In this document: positions 37,801 through 52,626 of the stretch, one piece after another
Layout of the letters: each line of letters opens with the position of its first letter
How positions within the stretch are numbered: the first letter of the stretch is position 1
DNA from: Octopus bimaculoides
Taxonomy: Eukaryota
Direction of reading: 5' to 3'
Assembly: GCF_001194135.2 (NCBI RefSeq)
Contig: NC_068985.1
Span: 21,584,483 to 21,648,482, forward strand
Length of the DNA: 64,000 nt
Made by a program: the position numbers and the translations under genes
Notes under the pieces: model-generated
What the model was told of the DNA's origin: nothing
Database searches by the model: none
The model's input: only the letters and a program-made list of their open reading frames with translations

Positions 37801-40800
37801 TTTATTGTCTTGTTTACGGACAGATGCAAATTCAATTCCTTTCTTCTTAAGAAATTTCTCAAATTTCTCAGCAGTCACTTCCAGAGGAACATTTCTACAC
37901 AGAACTGTCACTGGTTCTATAATGGATTAGAAAAAGTATAACATTCAGTCTTCATAACTTAAATCAATACTCATATGGAAAACATTTTAAATTAATCTCC
38001 AACAACAAAAACTAATACATATTCTCAGGAGACAAAAATACACTTTTATGGTGGTACGTTATAAAATCATTCGAGTGAGGTCGTTGCCAGTGCCGCTGGA
38101 CTGGCTCCCGTGCAGGTGGCACATAAAAAGACACCTTTTGAGCGTGGCCATTGCCAGTACTGTGTGACTGGCCCTCATGCCGGTGGCACGTAAAAGCACT
38201 CACTACACTCTCGGAGTGGTTGGCGTTAGGAAGGGCATCCAGCTGTAGAAACTATGCCAGATCAGATTGGAACCTGGTGCAGCCTTCTGGCTTGCCAGTC
38301 CTCAGTCAAATCGTCCAACCCATGCTAGCATGGAAAGCGGACGTTAAACGATGATGATGATGACTTACATTTCAACAGTAATGCTGGGTGATTTTAATGG
38401 CATCATACAAATATACAACCCCTCGGCATAGGTTACTCAGTAGTGACTTCAAGGCACAGGCATGAAAGAAACCAAGAAGCAAGCCAGTTTGGAAAAAAGG
38501 ACACAGAAGCCTAAGGATCCTTTGAATAGTTAGAGATTTAGAGACATCCTAACTGAAGCATTTAATGAGAAAGAGGAGGAGTTACAGACGTGGGACAGTT
38601 TATAACTGGAAGTTCCTACGAGACAACTTGCTGAGAGCCATACACCAAATTTATGGTTAGTGCAAAATCCCAACTGGACCTAGGTTAACGTGATGATGGA
38701 ACAGTGTAGTTGACAGGGCCATTAGAACAAAGAAACAGGCTTCGAAGAACTGGAAGTGTGGTGGTAGCAAGAAGCTACATCAGGCAGCTAGGAGGCAGGT
38801 ATACTTAGCTAGGGGGTGAAGCAGAAAGGAAAAAAGCTTGCCAATGTTATGCAGCGCAAAGGCCAGTGGCTTGAAGTGCTTTTTCTTGCAAGTCAGTGTG
38901 CCAGGGAAAATTGTGATATTGTTGGAGAGAAGTGTATTCACATGGATGATAGTTCACCTGCAACGAAAGAAGCTTGAAAGTGCCACTATGAAAGGCTACT
39001 AAATGTAGCAAACTTTCGGGAGGAGGAGAGTCTACCTACTGTGGATACAACAGAGGGACCAGCAATCAAAATAGACAGGAGTCTGATAGATGAAGCCATG
39101 AAGACCAGAAAAGCCCCCAGCCTTTCAGGAATCACTGTTGAGATGCTTAAAATATCTTGCAGTGTGGGTTATGGCTTAATCACCCATATAGTTAATCAGG
39201 TTGTACATGAGGGAGTCATCCCTAAAGATTGGTGTAGCAGCATCATAGCCAACTGCTACAAAGGTAAAGGTGATACCTAAGACAAATAATTACAGAGCTG
39301 TAAATTTTTTAGATCAGGTATTGAAAGTTACAGAGAGGGTCATAGCCCAACTAATTAGGAAGAGAGTTAGTGTAGATGAGATGCAATTTGATTTTGTGCC
39401 AGGGAGGAGCACCACTGGTGCTATATTTCTGGTAAGGCAGCTGCAGAAGTACCAAGCCAAAAATAACCCTATATACTTGACTTTTGTTGACATAGAGAAA
39501 GCTTTCAACAGGGTTCCCTGCTCCCTTATCTGGTGGCCAATGCATAAACTAAGGATAGATGAGTGGTTTGTGAGAGCTGTACAAACTATGTACAGGGATG
39601 CTGTCAGTAAGGTGATGGTTGGCAACAAGTATAGCAATGAATTCAGAGTACAAATAGGGGTCCACCAAGGATTGGTGCTTAGCACCCTCTTGTTCATCAG
39701 TCCTCTAGGCAATAACAGAGGAATTTAAGTCAGGCTGCTGATGACCTTGTTCTTATAACTGAATCACTACCAGAACTGGAAAAGAAATTTCAGATGTGGA
39801 AGCAAAGTCTAGAATCAAAGGGCCTTAGAGTTAATTTAATAAAAACCAAAGTCTTAGTAGAAAAGAGGACAAATTAGAAATCCCTTCAGGTAGATGGCCC
39901 TGCTCAATATGTAGAAAAGATGCAGGTAGAAACTCTGTAAGATGTACCTGGTGCAAGCTATGGATACACAAGAAGTGCAGCAATATCAGAGGAAGGTTAA
40001 CAGGGAAAATAGTATTTGTGCATGGCAGATGCACAAGTACAATAAACACTAAAAATGCACAGAAAATAGACTCCATCAAATGGTAGGTGGGGGGTACCTA
40101 GAAGTAATTGATAGTTTCCCCTATCTAAATGACCAAGTCAGCAGTGGAGGTGGATGCTTCAAGAGCATAGCTGCCAGAATAAGAAGAGGCTGGGCAAAGT
40201 TCAGAAAGCTCCTACCTTTGTTGGTAACTAAAAGCCTCTCCCTCAGAGTAAAAGGCAGATTGTATGATGCCCGTGTGCAAACAGCCATGCTACACAGCAG
40301 TGAAATACGGGCTGTGACTGCTGAGGACATGCATGAGCTTGAAAGAATTGAAACTAGTATGCTTTGCTGGATGTGCAATGTCAGTGTGCATGTATGACAG
40401 AGTGTGAACATCTTGAGTGAAAAGTTAGGTACGAAACATCAGATGTAGTGTGTAAGAGAGACGACTGTGCTGGTATGGCCATGTGGTGCATATGGATGAG
40501 GACAGCTGTGTAAAGAAGTGCTGATCTCTGTGGAGGGAATCTGTGGAAGAGGTAGACTCAAGAAGACATGAGACGAGGTGGTGAAACATGATCTTTGAAC
40601 ATTAGGCCTCACAGAAGCAATGACAGGTGACCGAGACCTTTGGTGATATGCTGTGCTTGAGAAGAATTGTCAAGTCAAGCCAAGTGAAATCATAGTCATG
40701 GCTGATGCTGGTGTCATGTAATTGGCACCTGTGTCAGTGGCACATAAAAAGCACCCATTACACTCTTGGAATGGTAGGCATTAGGAAGGGCATCTAACTG

Positions 40801-43800
40801 TAGAAACCATGCCAAATCAGACTGGAACATGGTGCAGCGTTCCAGCTTAATAGTTCAAGTCAAACTGTCTAACCCATGCCAGCATGGAAAGCAGATGCTA
40901 AATGATGATGATGATGAATATAAAGCTTCAAAATCACACAAAAATGCTGATGGATTACCAAAACTTCAGATCCAAGAGTCAATATAAAGAGTATCAGATT
41001 TAGTTTACAGGATTGTCAAGTATTGGATGAATTTGATTTACCACCATCATCCTGATTAGGAGCCACTGTCATTACTACAATTTCTGAACACTGATGTGAT
41101 ACTTGCCATCATAAACAGTCATCATTATTGTTATTTTAAATTACATAATAACATTTTATTAAATTGATACATGTTGTCATACAAAATTCATATTATTTTT
41201 ATTGTTGAATGCTAAACAATTTATTATTAATTTGAAATTGGAATCAACCATTGACATATCTGACAATTTAATTATTTTTGTTCTTATTTTTATTTATTCA
41301 TCTATTATTATTGGCACAAACTGCTGAAGTGAGCACTGCTATATTTCATCATCTTCATTTAATGTCCATTTTCCATGCTGGCATGGGTTGGATGGCTTGA
41401 CAAGAACTGGCAACACCAAGAGCTGCACCAGATTCCATCTGTTTTTGATTTGGTCTCTACAGCTGGATGCCTTTCCTAATGCTGGATGCCTTTACAGCTG
41501 GTTGCTTTTACAGAGTGCACTGGGTGCTTTTTTATGTGGCACCAGCTCTGGTGCTTTTAAGATGTCACCAGCACCAGTGCTTTTTACATGGCTTGTCTAC
41601 ACATATAAAGTGCCACCATCATCTTGCAGGGAATATGATTATTAGAACAATTATTGATTCAAAACCCCAACATCGTTGTTGATGTAAGAGTTAAAACTGA
41701 AATTATCTTATTTCTTAGTTGATACAGCAATAAAGATTCAGCCTCAGCCTACTTTCATAACAATCAAAAAAGGTGCCAGCAGTAACTCACAAACAATGTT
41801 GAGTATGAAATCTTTTTTTTATTAAAACACAGTATTTAGAAGTCAACAATACAAAATATTCTCTAAGTAGACTTCATCATTCACACACACACACACACAC
41901 ACACACTAATCTTTCAAAATTCAAATCATCTTACCATCATCAACTTCTTTCTTACGCTTCTTGGCTTCTCTCTCACCTGGTGTAGTTAAAAAAAAAAAAG
42001 AAAATTATAAGTACATCCAATATCATTAAGATTCTATTTCAAACTATTTGATGATGGAAACAAAACCATGTCCATCATAATTATGAAATACTAACAAACA
42101 TTCATCAACAGAGAAATTAAAGTATATACAAATTTAACTTTATGTACAAACCATACAAATTTATTTGTAGTCAGTATATTAAATAGCATTATGCAAACAT
42201 GTAGCAAACATTTTGAATATGCAACACCAATTAAATTAGCAAATAAAAAGTGATCAAACTGAGAGAAACTACTGAATGGTAGGAGTAGAGAAAACAAGCC
42301 AACAGAAATGACTTACCATTAGATTTTCCATTAGCTTTTGAATTAGGGGAATCATCTGGTTCTAAAGCAGAAGATGAGTTTTAGTTAAATATTAGAAAAG
42401 AAACATATTCCTCAGTGAAACTATCTACCAAGATCTAGTTTATTTTATCAGCAATCAGAATAAAAGACCATCATATACCTTCATTAGAATTTTCCTCGTT
42501 AGAATTCTCTTCATCAGAATGACCTGACTCAGCAGCTGGTGTAGTATTTTTTACTGCTGCTTCATCCTCCTCCTCCTCATCGTCCTGTGCCTCCTCACCT
42601 TCATTACTCTCACTCTCCTCATCTTCAATACTTTCCTTCCCATCTGCCTCACTGTCGCCAAATTCTTCATCTCCTTTTGCTGCATACAAAACAAAGACAG
42701 ACAACATTGAAGACTGAATCAGTATAATGTATTCAAGGCAAAAAAATCCACTATCTTACAATACTAGTATCTCTTATAAACTACAACAGTCTACAAAGTA
42801 ATACACTATATTTCACATATCAAAACACATTGATATGATTTACAACAAATCCAAATTACGAAAAAATATCTAAATGTGTGGGAAATTCAATTAGCAGGTT
42901 GTTGGCACTCCGTCGTGGGTTCCAGTTGATCCGATCAACGGAACAGCCGGCTCGTGAAATTAACGTGCAAGTGGCTGAGCACTCCACAGACACGTGTACC
43001 CTTAACGTAGTTCTCGGGGATATTCAGCGTGACAAGGCTGACGCTTTGAATTACAGGCACAACAGAAACAGGAAGTAAGAGTGAGAGAAAGTTGTGGTAA
43101 AAGAGTACAGCAGGGTTTGCCACCATCCCCTGCCGGAGCCTAGTGGAGCTTTAGGTGTTTTCGCTCAATAAACACTCACAACGCCCGGTCTGGGAATCGA
43201 AACCGCGAGTCCGTTGCCCTAACCACTGGGCCATTGCGCCTCCACTTCAATTAGCAGGTATGACTACATTATCAAGTAATTCAATTTTCACTTGCTTAGC
43301 TTCATCTCACTGTGAGTCACTTAAGTGTCATCTACCACAGTCTTGGATAGAGAGAAGTTGTATTACAGAAACTGGACAAACTGAAACTTGTGTGACCTGG
43401 GTTAACACCAAAACCTGGGCTCTCACTTTAGCAGAATCCACTCTGCTAGAAGCAATTGGAATAATTTTTCCTCACCAGCCTCTGAAGCCCTAAAAAAAAA
43501 AAGCCACGTAGACTGTTCTTGGAAAATAAATACAAAGAAATAAATAAATGACAACACAACAGAACACAATATCTTTCAGTAACTGTTTCCTATCCCACCT
43601 AAATGTGTTATCTCAGTCTGAAACTCTAATAGTGCATGAGAAAATGTTTGTCATTAAGCCAGGACGTATTGCAAAATTGTGTATGAGTGAATTATTTCTG
43701 TAACGTAAGTCTAATGAAGCACAAACACAGTGAGTAATTGAAATACAAATATCTTAACCAAATCTTACCAGGTGAATCGTTATTTTGTTTTAACACATTA

Positions 43801-46800
43801 ACATTTGGAACGTCTGCAACTTCCTAAAAAAAAAAAAAGAAAAGGAAGAAATCAAAAAACATATATAAAACAATAAAAATTCATATAAAGAAATAAATTT
43901 TTTTAAATCAACAGAAACATCTGACACTGTGAGTCTGTTGACAGCAATTGCACCAACTTTTGTAGAAAATTAACATCAAGCCACTCATACCTCTTCCTGC
44001 CAGGTTAAAAAATTTAGAGCTACTACAACAATAGTTAAATCTAGAGAGAGCATAGAGATGCTAAAGTGTTGTGAATAAGATCTAAGATGGAATGGGGTCT
44101 CAGCCTGCTTCCTTAGAAGCAAGGAACACAGGTACAAATTCCCCTGGGTTAATAGCAGCAATGATGTGGGTGGAAAAGGCATGTTGTTGGCAGAGAAATG
44201 TATTGATAAAATAACTGAGCCACACAGAATATGTAATAGAATGATTAAGTTAAGTCTTGTCTTGGACAAAATGAGAGACAGTTATCTCTGTATATACCCT
44301 ACAATCAGTTAATAGATGAACAAAAGGGCTGGTTCTGAGACTCTCCTACAGAATACCTCAATAGTGAATGACTAACCTCCTTATAAAAGCTGGTGATGTT
44401 AATGGATATGTTGGGTAATACCATGTCTTTTGTGGCTATGGTTATTGTTTAAGGAATAAGAAAGAATCAAGGCCTTGGAATTCTGTGACACTGATGACCT
44501 AACAATTTGCTAACACCAACATCATGAAGAGGACCAATCAAGTGGATACACAAGCTAAATTGATTTCATGCCTTCCTGGAGGTGGGGCATCATCATCATC
44601 GTTTAACGTCCGCTTTCCATGCTAGCATGGGTTGGACGATTTGACGGAGGACTGGCAAGCCAGAAGGCTGCATCAGGCTCCAATCTGATCTGGCAGAGTT
44701 TCTACAGCTGGATGCCCTTCCTAATGCCAACCACTCCAAGAGTGTAGTGGGTGCTTTTACGTGCCACCGGCATGAGGGCCAGTTACACGGTACTGGCAAC
44801 GGCCACGCTCAAAAAGGTGTTTTTTACGTGCCACCTGCATGGGAGCCAGTCCAGCAGCACTGGCAATGACCTCGCTCGAATGATTTTGAAAAATGTAATA
44901 CCTAACATAGACAAGTACCCAGAGTAAGAGCTAGGAAAACTCATAGCATAAGCCAACTTGAAGATGTAGACACTCAAAGAGCCAATGACCAGTCATAGGT
45001 TCAGAGAAGTGCTAGACACCTACCTACAACAGGGGACAATAGAGTTCTTATGATACAAAATACTGAGGGATACAAACCAGATCTGTGGCTGGTGTAAGCC
45101 TATAGCTAGATAGGTGATATAATGGTGGAGTACTGTAGATACTTGAAGCAAAGAGACAGGTTTGGAAAAATTGCAGGAAAGAGACAACAAAGAGCAATAC
45201 CAAGCAACCAGAAGAGAAGCTAAACATCAGATATTCAGAGCTGAAATGAAGAGGTTTTCATAGGTTCGGGAATGTGAAGTCTTTCAGATTAGAAGGTAGT
45301 AAATGAGAGAAAATCAAGATGTCATTGAGAAAAGTATACAAAATGATAATGGTACACTTACTCTAAATGAAATGGAAAGAGGCAAAGAAGTACTATTATA
45401 AGAGACTGTTAAATGTAGAGAATGTACAGGAGAGAGAGGGTGTATTCCATGTAAACCCTGCAAAGTTGACAGTATTATATAGTTGTAAGTGAAATTAAGG
45501 ATATAAAAGGCAGATCATGGAAATTGCAGAATGAATTAATTAGAAAGAAAATTAACCTAGATGAGATGCATTCAATTTTGTGCTACAAATTTGTACCATC
45601 TCTCTAGTGAAATAACTGTAGAAGTACTTAGATAGGAGTAAACCACTTTGCTTGGCATTTGGCAACCTGGAGAAGTCCTCTGACAAGGTTCTAAGTTCTG
45701 TGATCTGGTGGTCAATAAGAAAGACAAATGGTTTGCAAGGGCCATACAATCCATATACAAAGGCATCTATTATAATCTTCCAGGTTGTAAACAGAGGACT
45801 TTAAAACTGGCTGTCTTTGAGACATATTACTGTATATTGATGATCTACTTCTTATATTTGAATCTATAGAAGATTTAGAGAAGAAATTCCAGACCTGGAA
45901 ATGAAATCTAGAATTGAGATTTCTCAAACTAAATATGATAAAGACTAAAACTTTATTAAGTAGGAATTCCATTCAGTATACTTAATGTAAACTATGGGCA
46001 TAGAAGGGATGCTGTAAGACCATAGACAGACTGATAGAGAAGGTAGACTTCATTTGTAGCAGATGTATAAAGTTAGTTAGTAATAATACCCATGAAATAC
46101 ATTTTTTTCAAATGCTGAGAAGTCTCCTAGATGTAGTTGAAGTGGTGTATTGAAAGCATAAGTGACTAGAGTAAGAAGGGAAGTATAGAAAGTTCAGGAA
46201 GCTATTATTTCAGTTGGTAACAAAGGGTTTCTCTTTCAAAACAAAGAGCAGAATGTATGGTGATTGTATAGTGAGACAGAGACCTTAAATGCAGAGCATC
46301 TATATCTGGAAAGAAATCAAATGAACCTGCTTTACTAGGTAAGTGTGCAAGAAAGAAGATTGTACTGGTGTGGGTATGTAATGTATATGAAAACGGTCAG
46401 ACTTAGTGATGAAGTGGTGAAGACTGATCTCAAGAAGTTAAACTTAAGGAAGAAGTTGACAAAGAACAGTGATAAATGGGAACACACAGTGCTCAGAAGA
46501 CCTGGCCACTATGCAAGCATGGCAAAACAGATTTTTAAAATAATGGTGATGGTGATAGTAGCTGGAATATATATCATTGGACCTTTTGCCTATTATATTC
46601 CGACCAAACCTCCATTTACCACCATATTCATTAGCCTCTCATCTATCATATTCACTTCACTATGCTGCCTATATAACCAGAGATGTCATTCGATTTGTTT
46701 GTATTCAATCCACTCACCACCATACATCTACCACGCCACTTCTCTTCCATCATGATGCTTGTGTTAACATGCATGGAATCTTCACCCTCAACTGTTTACC

Positions 46801-49800
46801 ACCATTCTCCACACATGTAATTCTTCATTGACTTTTATCAGTTTCACTCCCATCCATCTCTAATGCTGCCCTTTAGTCACTCTCTTTTACCCAGTTTTAT
46901 TACTTGACACTGCTCATGCTGTTCTCTATTCAATCTCTTTATCAATAACAACAAATAGTCATCAGTGTCTCTCTTCTATTACTCCTTCCCCAACCATTCT
47001 ATTACTGTTTCACTCCATCACAATCATACTACCTCTCTCTCCTCTTTCAACCTCTTGATGAACGCATCTAATCACACTCTTGGTTATGTTTGTTATGAAA
47101 GAACAGAGACTACATAGAACTCTTTAGTTTTGCAAGGTATAAGACAACTTTTCTAATGCTGGTACTACAATAAAATACACTTTTATAAACACACTATAAA
47201 GTGATTGGATAACGAAGACAACACAGAGTAGAGAGGATTTTAGTCATACCAAGTACATAACCTCTCTGATGCTGGTCCCATGATAAAATGCACCCAGTAC
47301 ACCTAAAATAGTTGGTGTTGGGTAAGGCACCCTGCCAGAGGAAGCCCCCCCCCCCCAAATGAGATGTACAAGCAAGATAATATCTAGGCATGTAGTGATT
47401 CTGAGACAATGATGATATGTCCAAACCTTGACAACATGGAAAGGGAGGCATAAAATAAATGATGATAAGTATATTAATATTTATTAACTTTGAAATAAGA
47501 AAACAAAAATAGAATATATGAACTTACAGCATCCATTTCTTCTGGTTCTGAAAAAGACTCCTCATTAGATTCTTCAGCTTCAGCTGACTTTTTTGGATTC
47601 TAGTTCAAATTATAAAAGTCAGTAATTGAAACAAATATTCAAACTCAAGTACATCATAGAGAAAATATAAGCAAACAAAATAAGTATATGTTAAATCTCT
47701 GAACGAGGTATTAAGTATATTTTGTATAAAATTATTGTACCCCAACTGAATGCTTCACAAAAGCCTATGATACTTCTGAACTGCAGTAGCCTTCTAAGCC
47801 TATTTCTCACCACAGCATTACTTATCCAGCGATTCTATGTTGTTTTTTTTTTAATATATATACTAGATCTGAATTCATTACCGCCAAGAGGTTCTGGTCT
47901 CACTATTAGAGAACTCGTGTTTAAGGGACTAATTAGTATTGAATTTATTTATCAAATACTCTCTAGCGTTGGTCGATTTCCTACCACGAAAGCATTTAAC
48001 ACGTTCTGCTCTTGAATCTTGCTTCCACATGATTGGCAAAGAACGTCATAAAATCGTGTTTTCCATAGCAATACTTTTTAAAACATATTTAATGAAAGTT
48101 CATCTCTTAACAGACTACGCTGGAAGCATCTCAATCTTATGTTCACCGCCCTTCCTCCACATATCTCCCCAAAATATAGAAAATGCAGAGAAATTATTTC
48201 AATAAAACATCACTAATACTACTATCTACACACTGATCAAGATCGGTTGGACCTTATGATAGTCATGAAACTCATCAGCATTAGAAAATAAAATTCACTA
48301 AAATACGAAGTGACCATAGGCAATATTAAATAAAATGAAAAAAAAAAACATGAAAAATATTTCTTTGTCGTTAAGTATGAATTATTAATGAACGAGACAA
48401 ATATAATAGTTCATAAGCTGAGAATAACTGCTTAAAAATTCAGTAAGATGCCTGAATTTCGTGAACTATTTTAAGGATCAACCAAACATTTTACAATGAC
48501 AAACGATATATTATTTTAACACAATGGTTAACAGATTCTTTGTGCTAGAAAGAATATCACAGTTCGAGAAAAGGGTTTATGAAAAGAAAATATGCAACAT
48601 TGATTGCTCAAAATTTTCAGTTAATTTCACGTTTTGAAAATCTTATCTTCGTTACGTTTCTTGTTATTTTAATTGCAAATGTCATGGTTGATAAGACATC
48701 CTATTTCGATTCCTTGCTCACTTATCTGAAGTGGTTTGAGACAAGAAAACCAGAAGTAAACACAACTCATAAGCTACCCAAACAGACGTATCTTCGTATT
48801 TGGGGCCCACATTTTAATGTTACATCAAAAGTTAACAAATTGAAATAAATAAATAAAAATTGATATATAAACAGGCTATTCTACAAGATGTATCACTCAC
48901 ACAATTGCGTAAACTTTTTGATACAATGGTGTGTTGTACAATAAATAGTTTGTGCTAACAGAACGAACTCTCGTGAGAATAATTCTGACCATGACAAGAA
49001 ATCATTTCTCATTCATGACAAAGCAATTAAGATAACCGAGCAACGTGCAATGACAGACAACATAGAATTTAACAGTATATAACTGAAAAAGTGCATCATG
49101 TTTACCTCATACCCCTTTTCATGGCGCAGCTTAGCCTTCACCGTAGACTCACAATACCGGTTAGTGGGTGTTGTTGTAAGACCAGGTTGACACCAGCTTG
49201 CACACAAACCAGGAAATCCATTGCAGCATCCAGAATCATGTGATAGTCGATAACCACTTGATGTTTGCACAGTAACCATTTATCGAAACACGGCCAAATC
49301 AAAACGATATCGCAGCCAATGGCTTATTTTCAGTAGCTCTCGAGCCAATGGCATTACTGACCGACACACGAGGAACCACGACAGCCAAATTCACCGCATG
49401 GGTGAAAAGACGCACGTACCAAAGCGACACCATAATTGCGAAAATTTACCGAATCGAGATCTTGTTTTGTTTAATCAGTATAATGTAATGATTAATCATT
49501 ATTACAAATTAGATCCTCTAATTCTGAACAAGACCTAAATAATGATATAATAAAAGTCTTCCACTAATCGCAACGATAAAAGCTTTAAACGTTATTGTTT
49601 CTAAAGGGTAATTAGAGAAAAAAATATTAGAATTTCATAACCATATGTACTCAGGAATGCATTTTATGTAGTAATATAATAATACACAAAGAAGTCCTAA
49701 CTTCTTAAATCTATCGCCGTATTACGTTCTGCTAATTTCAGTTGACCTATATTAGAATGTGTATGTAGTCGTCTTTGTCAGTTCAAACTCGTGGATCAAG

Positions 49801-50301
49801 TGCCACCGTTGAATTCTCACAGCTTCTACAAACAATGGCCTCTTTTATTTACAAACTAAACCAAGTTGTTTAAAATTAAGGATGCATATATATATTATAT
49901 ATAAGAATATACATAAAATGATATAGATAAATGCATATATCTGCTTTTCCCATTTCTAGGAAATAAGCAATCAGATGAAGATGTGAGAAATTTAGGTTAA
50001 AACAAGTACTTGATATTTTTCATTTTAAGCAGAATCCGTGCATTTTGTCATAAGATGAATATATATAAATACATATAAATATTTATATATATTTATAATT
50101 TCCTAAATAATGTAGTTATACGAGATCTTATAGTTATTTGTGATTTGTGGGAGATTTAGAAATATTAACACTCCCATTTCCTTCAAGATTAATATTGTAA
50201 ATATAACCCGTTTACAAATAAATTTTATGTATTCAAAAGATTTTAGCCTCTAAATAAAACAGGAAACTATCGTAACATACCTTATTCTTTCTAGCAGCCA
50301 T
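34846..50301 (-). CDS. NCL: Nucleolin-like protein, paralog B (divergent; 3 RRMs, Tyr/Gly/Ser-rich tail); terminal exon probably in gap 34533-34816
   Basis: Minus-strand exons 50281-50301, 47528-47599, 43769-43823, 42479-42679, 42317-42361, 41935-41976, 37799-37916, 37554-37699, 36678-36810, 36317-36456, 36075-36210, 35806-35942, 34846-35181. Exon order and intron phases match paralog A, and several exon lengths are identical (55, 45, 118, 136 nt). Frame is open throughout: MAARKNK...VLCRNV...KFAHIDL...LFVKNL...FAYVEF...GYAGRRSGGY. Confidence 0.9.
38700..40916 (+). mobile_element. RTE-type LINE, degenerate reverse transcriptase plus 3' UTR (antisense in an intron of B)
   Basis: ORF fragments 39041-39280, 39270-39728 (QFDFVPGRSTTGAIFLVRQL, FVDIEKAFNRVP, VHQGLVLSTLLF) and 40080-40397; ADDL motif near 39737; (GAT)n tail at about 40903-40916. 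Confidence 0.85.
42890..43246 (-). mobile_element. tRNA-derived SINE
   Basis: Minus strand begins GTGGAGGCGCAATGGCCCAGTGGTTAGGGC..GGTTTCGATTCCCAG (A/B-box-like); 3' half resembles 4380-4510. Confidence 0.7.
45100..46560 (+). mobile_element. Highly decayed RTE-type LINE fragment
   Basis: Patchy similarity to the 38700-40916 element (GATGAGATGCATTCAATTTTGTGC; TTGGTAACAAAGGGTTTCTCTTTCAAAACAAAGAGCAGAATGTATG). Confidence 0.6.
49106..49406 (-). ncRNA. Conserved structured intron-1 element, copy in paralog B
   Basis: Reverse complement reads TTCACCCATGCGGTGAATTTGGCTGTCGTGG...GCGCCATGAAAAGGGGTATGAG|GTAAAC; sense with respect to gene B. Confidence 0.55.
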
Positions 50302-52626
50302 TTCACTTTGTTTTCTGGGATAATATACCGAATAAAAAGTTCAGCTGCTATGAATGTTCTCTGTAACTGTAGCTCGAAGCTGTACGTACACTTTACTTAG
50401 CAGTGGCAAGGTATAGCCACCACCATGTAGTTTCGTATCTATTGAATAAATATCTCCAGCATTTGATTTGATAATTAATTTTAATTTTATTACCATTTAT
50501 TGCTGGATAATAAAAGCTGAAGTTATTTCATTGAACCCTTTACTCAATGTAAATATATTTATTGAAAATCTGCTGGAGTAATATCAAATTACGAGTGACA
50601 AAATGGGCGCTAACTTGATGTCGTAACTGAAGAAATAGTAATTAAATAAGTAAAATTATTTTCTTCATTGTCCATAGTAACGAGTAAAAAAATCATTATA
50701 ATAAAACAAATGACTAATGAAGATAAAAGGACCGGGAGACAACCCTGGAAATTTGATAAATTAAAATTAACTGAATATTGAATGTAGTGAAGAGTGAGCT
50801 GGTACGATGACAACTCTGAACATGTTTTAATATTATTAGACCTCATCAGTGAAGCATAAATTAACCATAACAACATCTTACAAGGACTGGAGAGAGTATA
50901 GGATTTCAAAGAATTAACACTAAGTGATTGAGATAAATTGAAACAATGATTTGAAAAATACATAAATACACTTGCTACAGTAAAAGACAGGGGACGGAGG
51001 CAGATAATAGCTTGGCAGAAACGTTAGCACGCCAGGCGAAATGCCTAGCGGTATTTTGTCTGTCTTTACGTTCTGAGTTCAAATTCCGTCGAGGTCGACT
51101 TTGTGTTATGAATTCAGTGTGTCACTCTTGCATACACACACACACGTGTGAGTACATACATATATATATGTGTTGGTGTACATACATACATATGTACATA
51201 CATACATATATATATGTAGGCACATACATATGTACACACACATATCCTTCTCATAATGAGTCACAGAAAAGTTTCCAGAAGGAGGCTTTTTTGGTAAGTA
51301 TATAATATAATTCATGTCTTAGTTTGTTATGACAAGGGGAACTACAAACTAACTAAACAATGCTGTGAATGCATGGTATCAAATATTTATTTCAAGAATT
51401 TTGAAGAATTGCAATTTTGTTTTGTTCTTGAACTAGTTATTGTTAATGCATTTGAGAAACAATATGAAATTTGCTACATATATCATAATTGGCAATATTG
51501 AAAAAAAAAAGGAATTGAAGAAGAGAAATGAAAGGAAAGAAGTTGGGATAATACAGGTGAAGGTGAAACAGGTAGAATAAGGTGTCCAAGTAAAATTGAT
51601 AAATTCTAGTTTAGAGTACAAACATGTAGACAAGATACTAGTTCTAATTTGTGGGGAATATAAACAAGTGCATCTAATTGATTAGTTGTAGAGAAGAAGT
51701 AGAAATTTATTAAAAGGTGTCTCTGATTTGATGGTTTGGCTTGAAAAACATAAAGCCATGAATGGGCTTAAATATATGACAGAGTGAAAAGTTCTGGGTT
51801 TTGGGGACAGAGTATGGTAACTGGCTGCTGTTGTTAAATAGTGTGATTTTACATTTATCTGAAATAAAAGTAAAGTTAATGATAGAACATTATATATAAA
51901 TCAATGTAACTTAGATTTGAGGGGGAAAGAAATTAAATCAAAATGAATGTCTGTAGAACAGTAAGTTCATGAGAAAGAATATGAGGCCTGATAAGACCGA
52001 AAAATTACTGTTGCTTTCTCTAGTTGCTTTAAACTGCAGCTCCATTCCAATCAATTCTAATCTATTCTGGATCCATTCTAATCTTCGCAGTCTATCTTAT
52101 CTAACAATTTCGATCAACTGATCTTATTGGAGTTATTTCCCTTCCTATACCAGTATGCAGAATACGCTCTGAGATATTTTCCCATCAGCCATTTTATCGA
52201 TAGTGCATTTTGCTTGAGTTTAAGGTTCCTTTCTCTGTTGTGTATAGACGTTCGAGATTTCATACGCATTATTAGAGTTGACTTTTATTTGCTCTTCCGC
52301 CAACTTTTGAAATCTCAAATACAGTACTTCATTGTTATAAAAAAAAAAAAATCTTAAATGTAATATTTTGGAATGATATTAGCCTGCAATAAGTAGTCTA
52401 GGTGAAATTTGAATTAATAATTGTTTCGTTACTAACAACCATTATCTCTATAATAAAAACAAAATCAAATTCTGGAGATATTTATTCAGTAAATACGAAA
52501 CTATATCATAGTGGCTACGCCATAAAGTGAATTAGACTGTGCACACGTATTCATTCTTCTTTTACAGAGAAAATTCAGAGCAAGTGACATTTTTGTTCGA
52601 TATAATATTCCAGAAAACAAAGTGAA

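Noticed and set aside
47921-47935. AAGGGACTAAT resembling the U82 guide
   Set aside because: Imperfect match with no flanking C/D boxes.
49768-49802. 35-nt block shared by B and C (53048-53081)
   Set aside because: Not found in A; adequately explained by residual homology of the inverted duplication.
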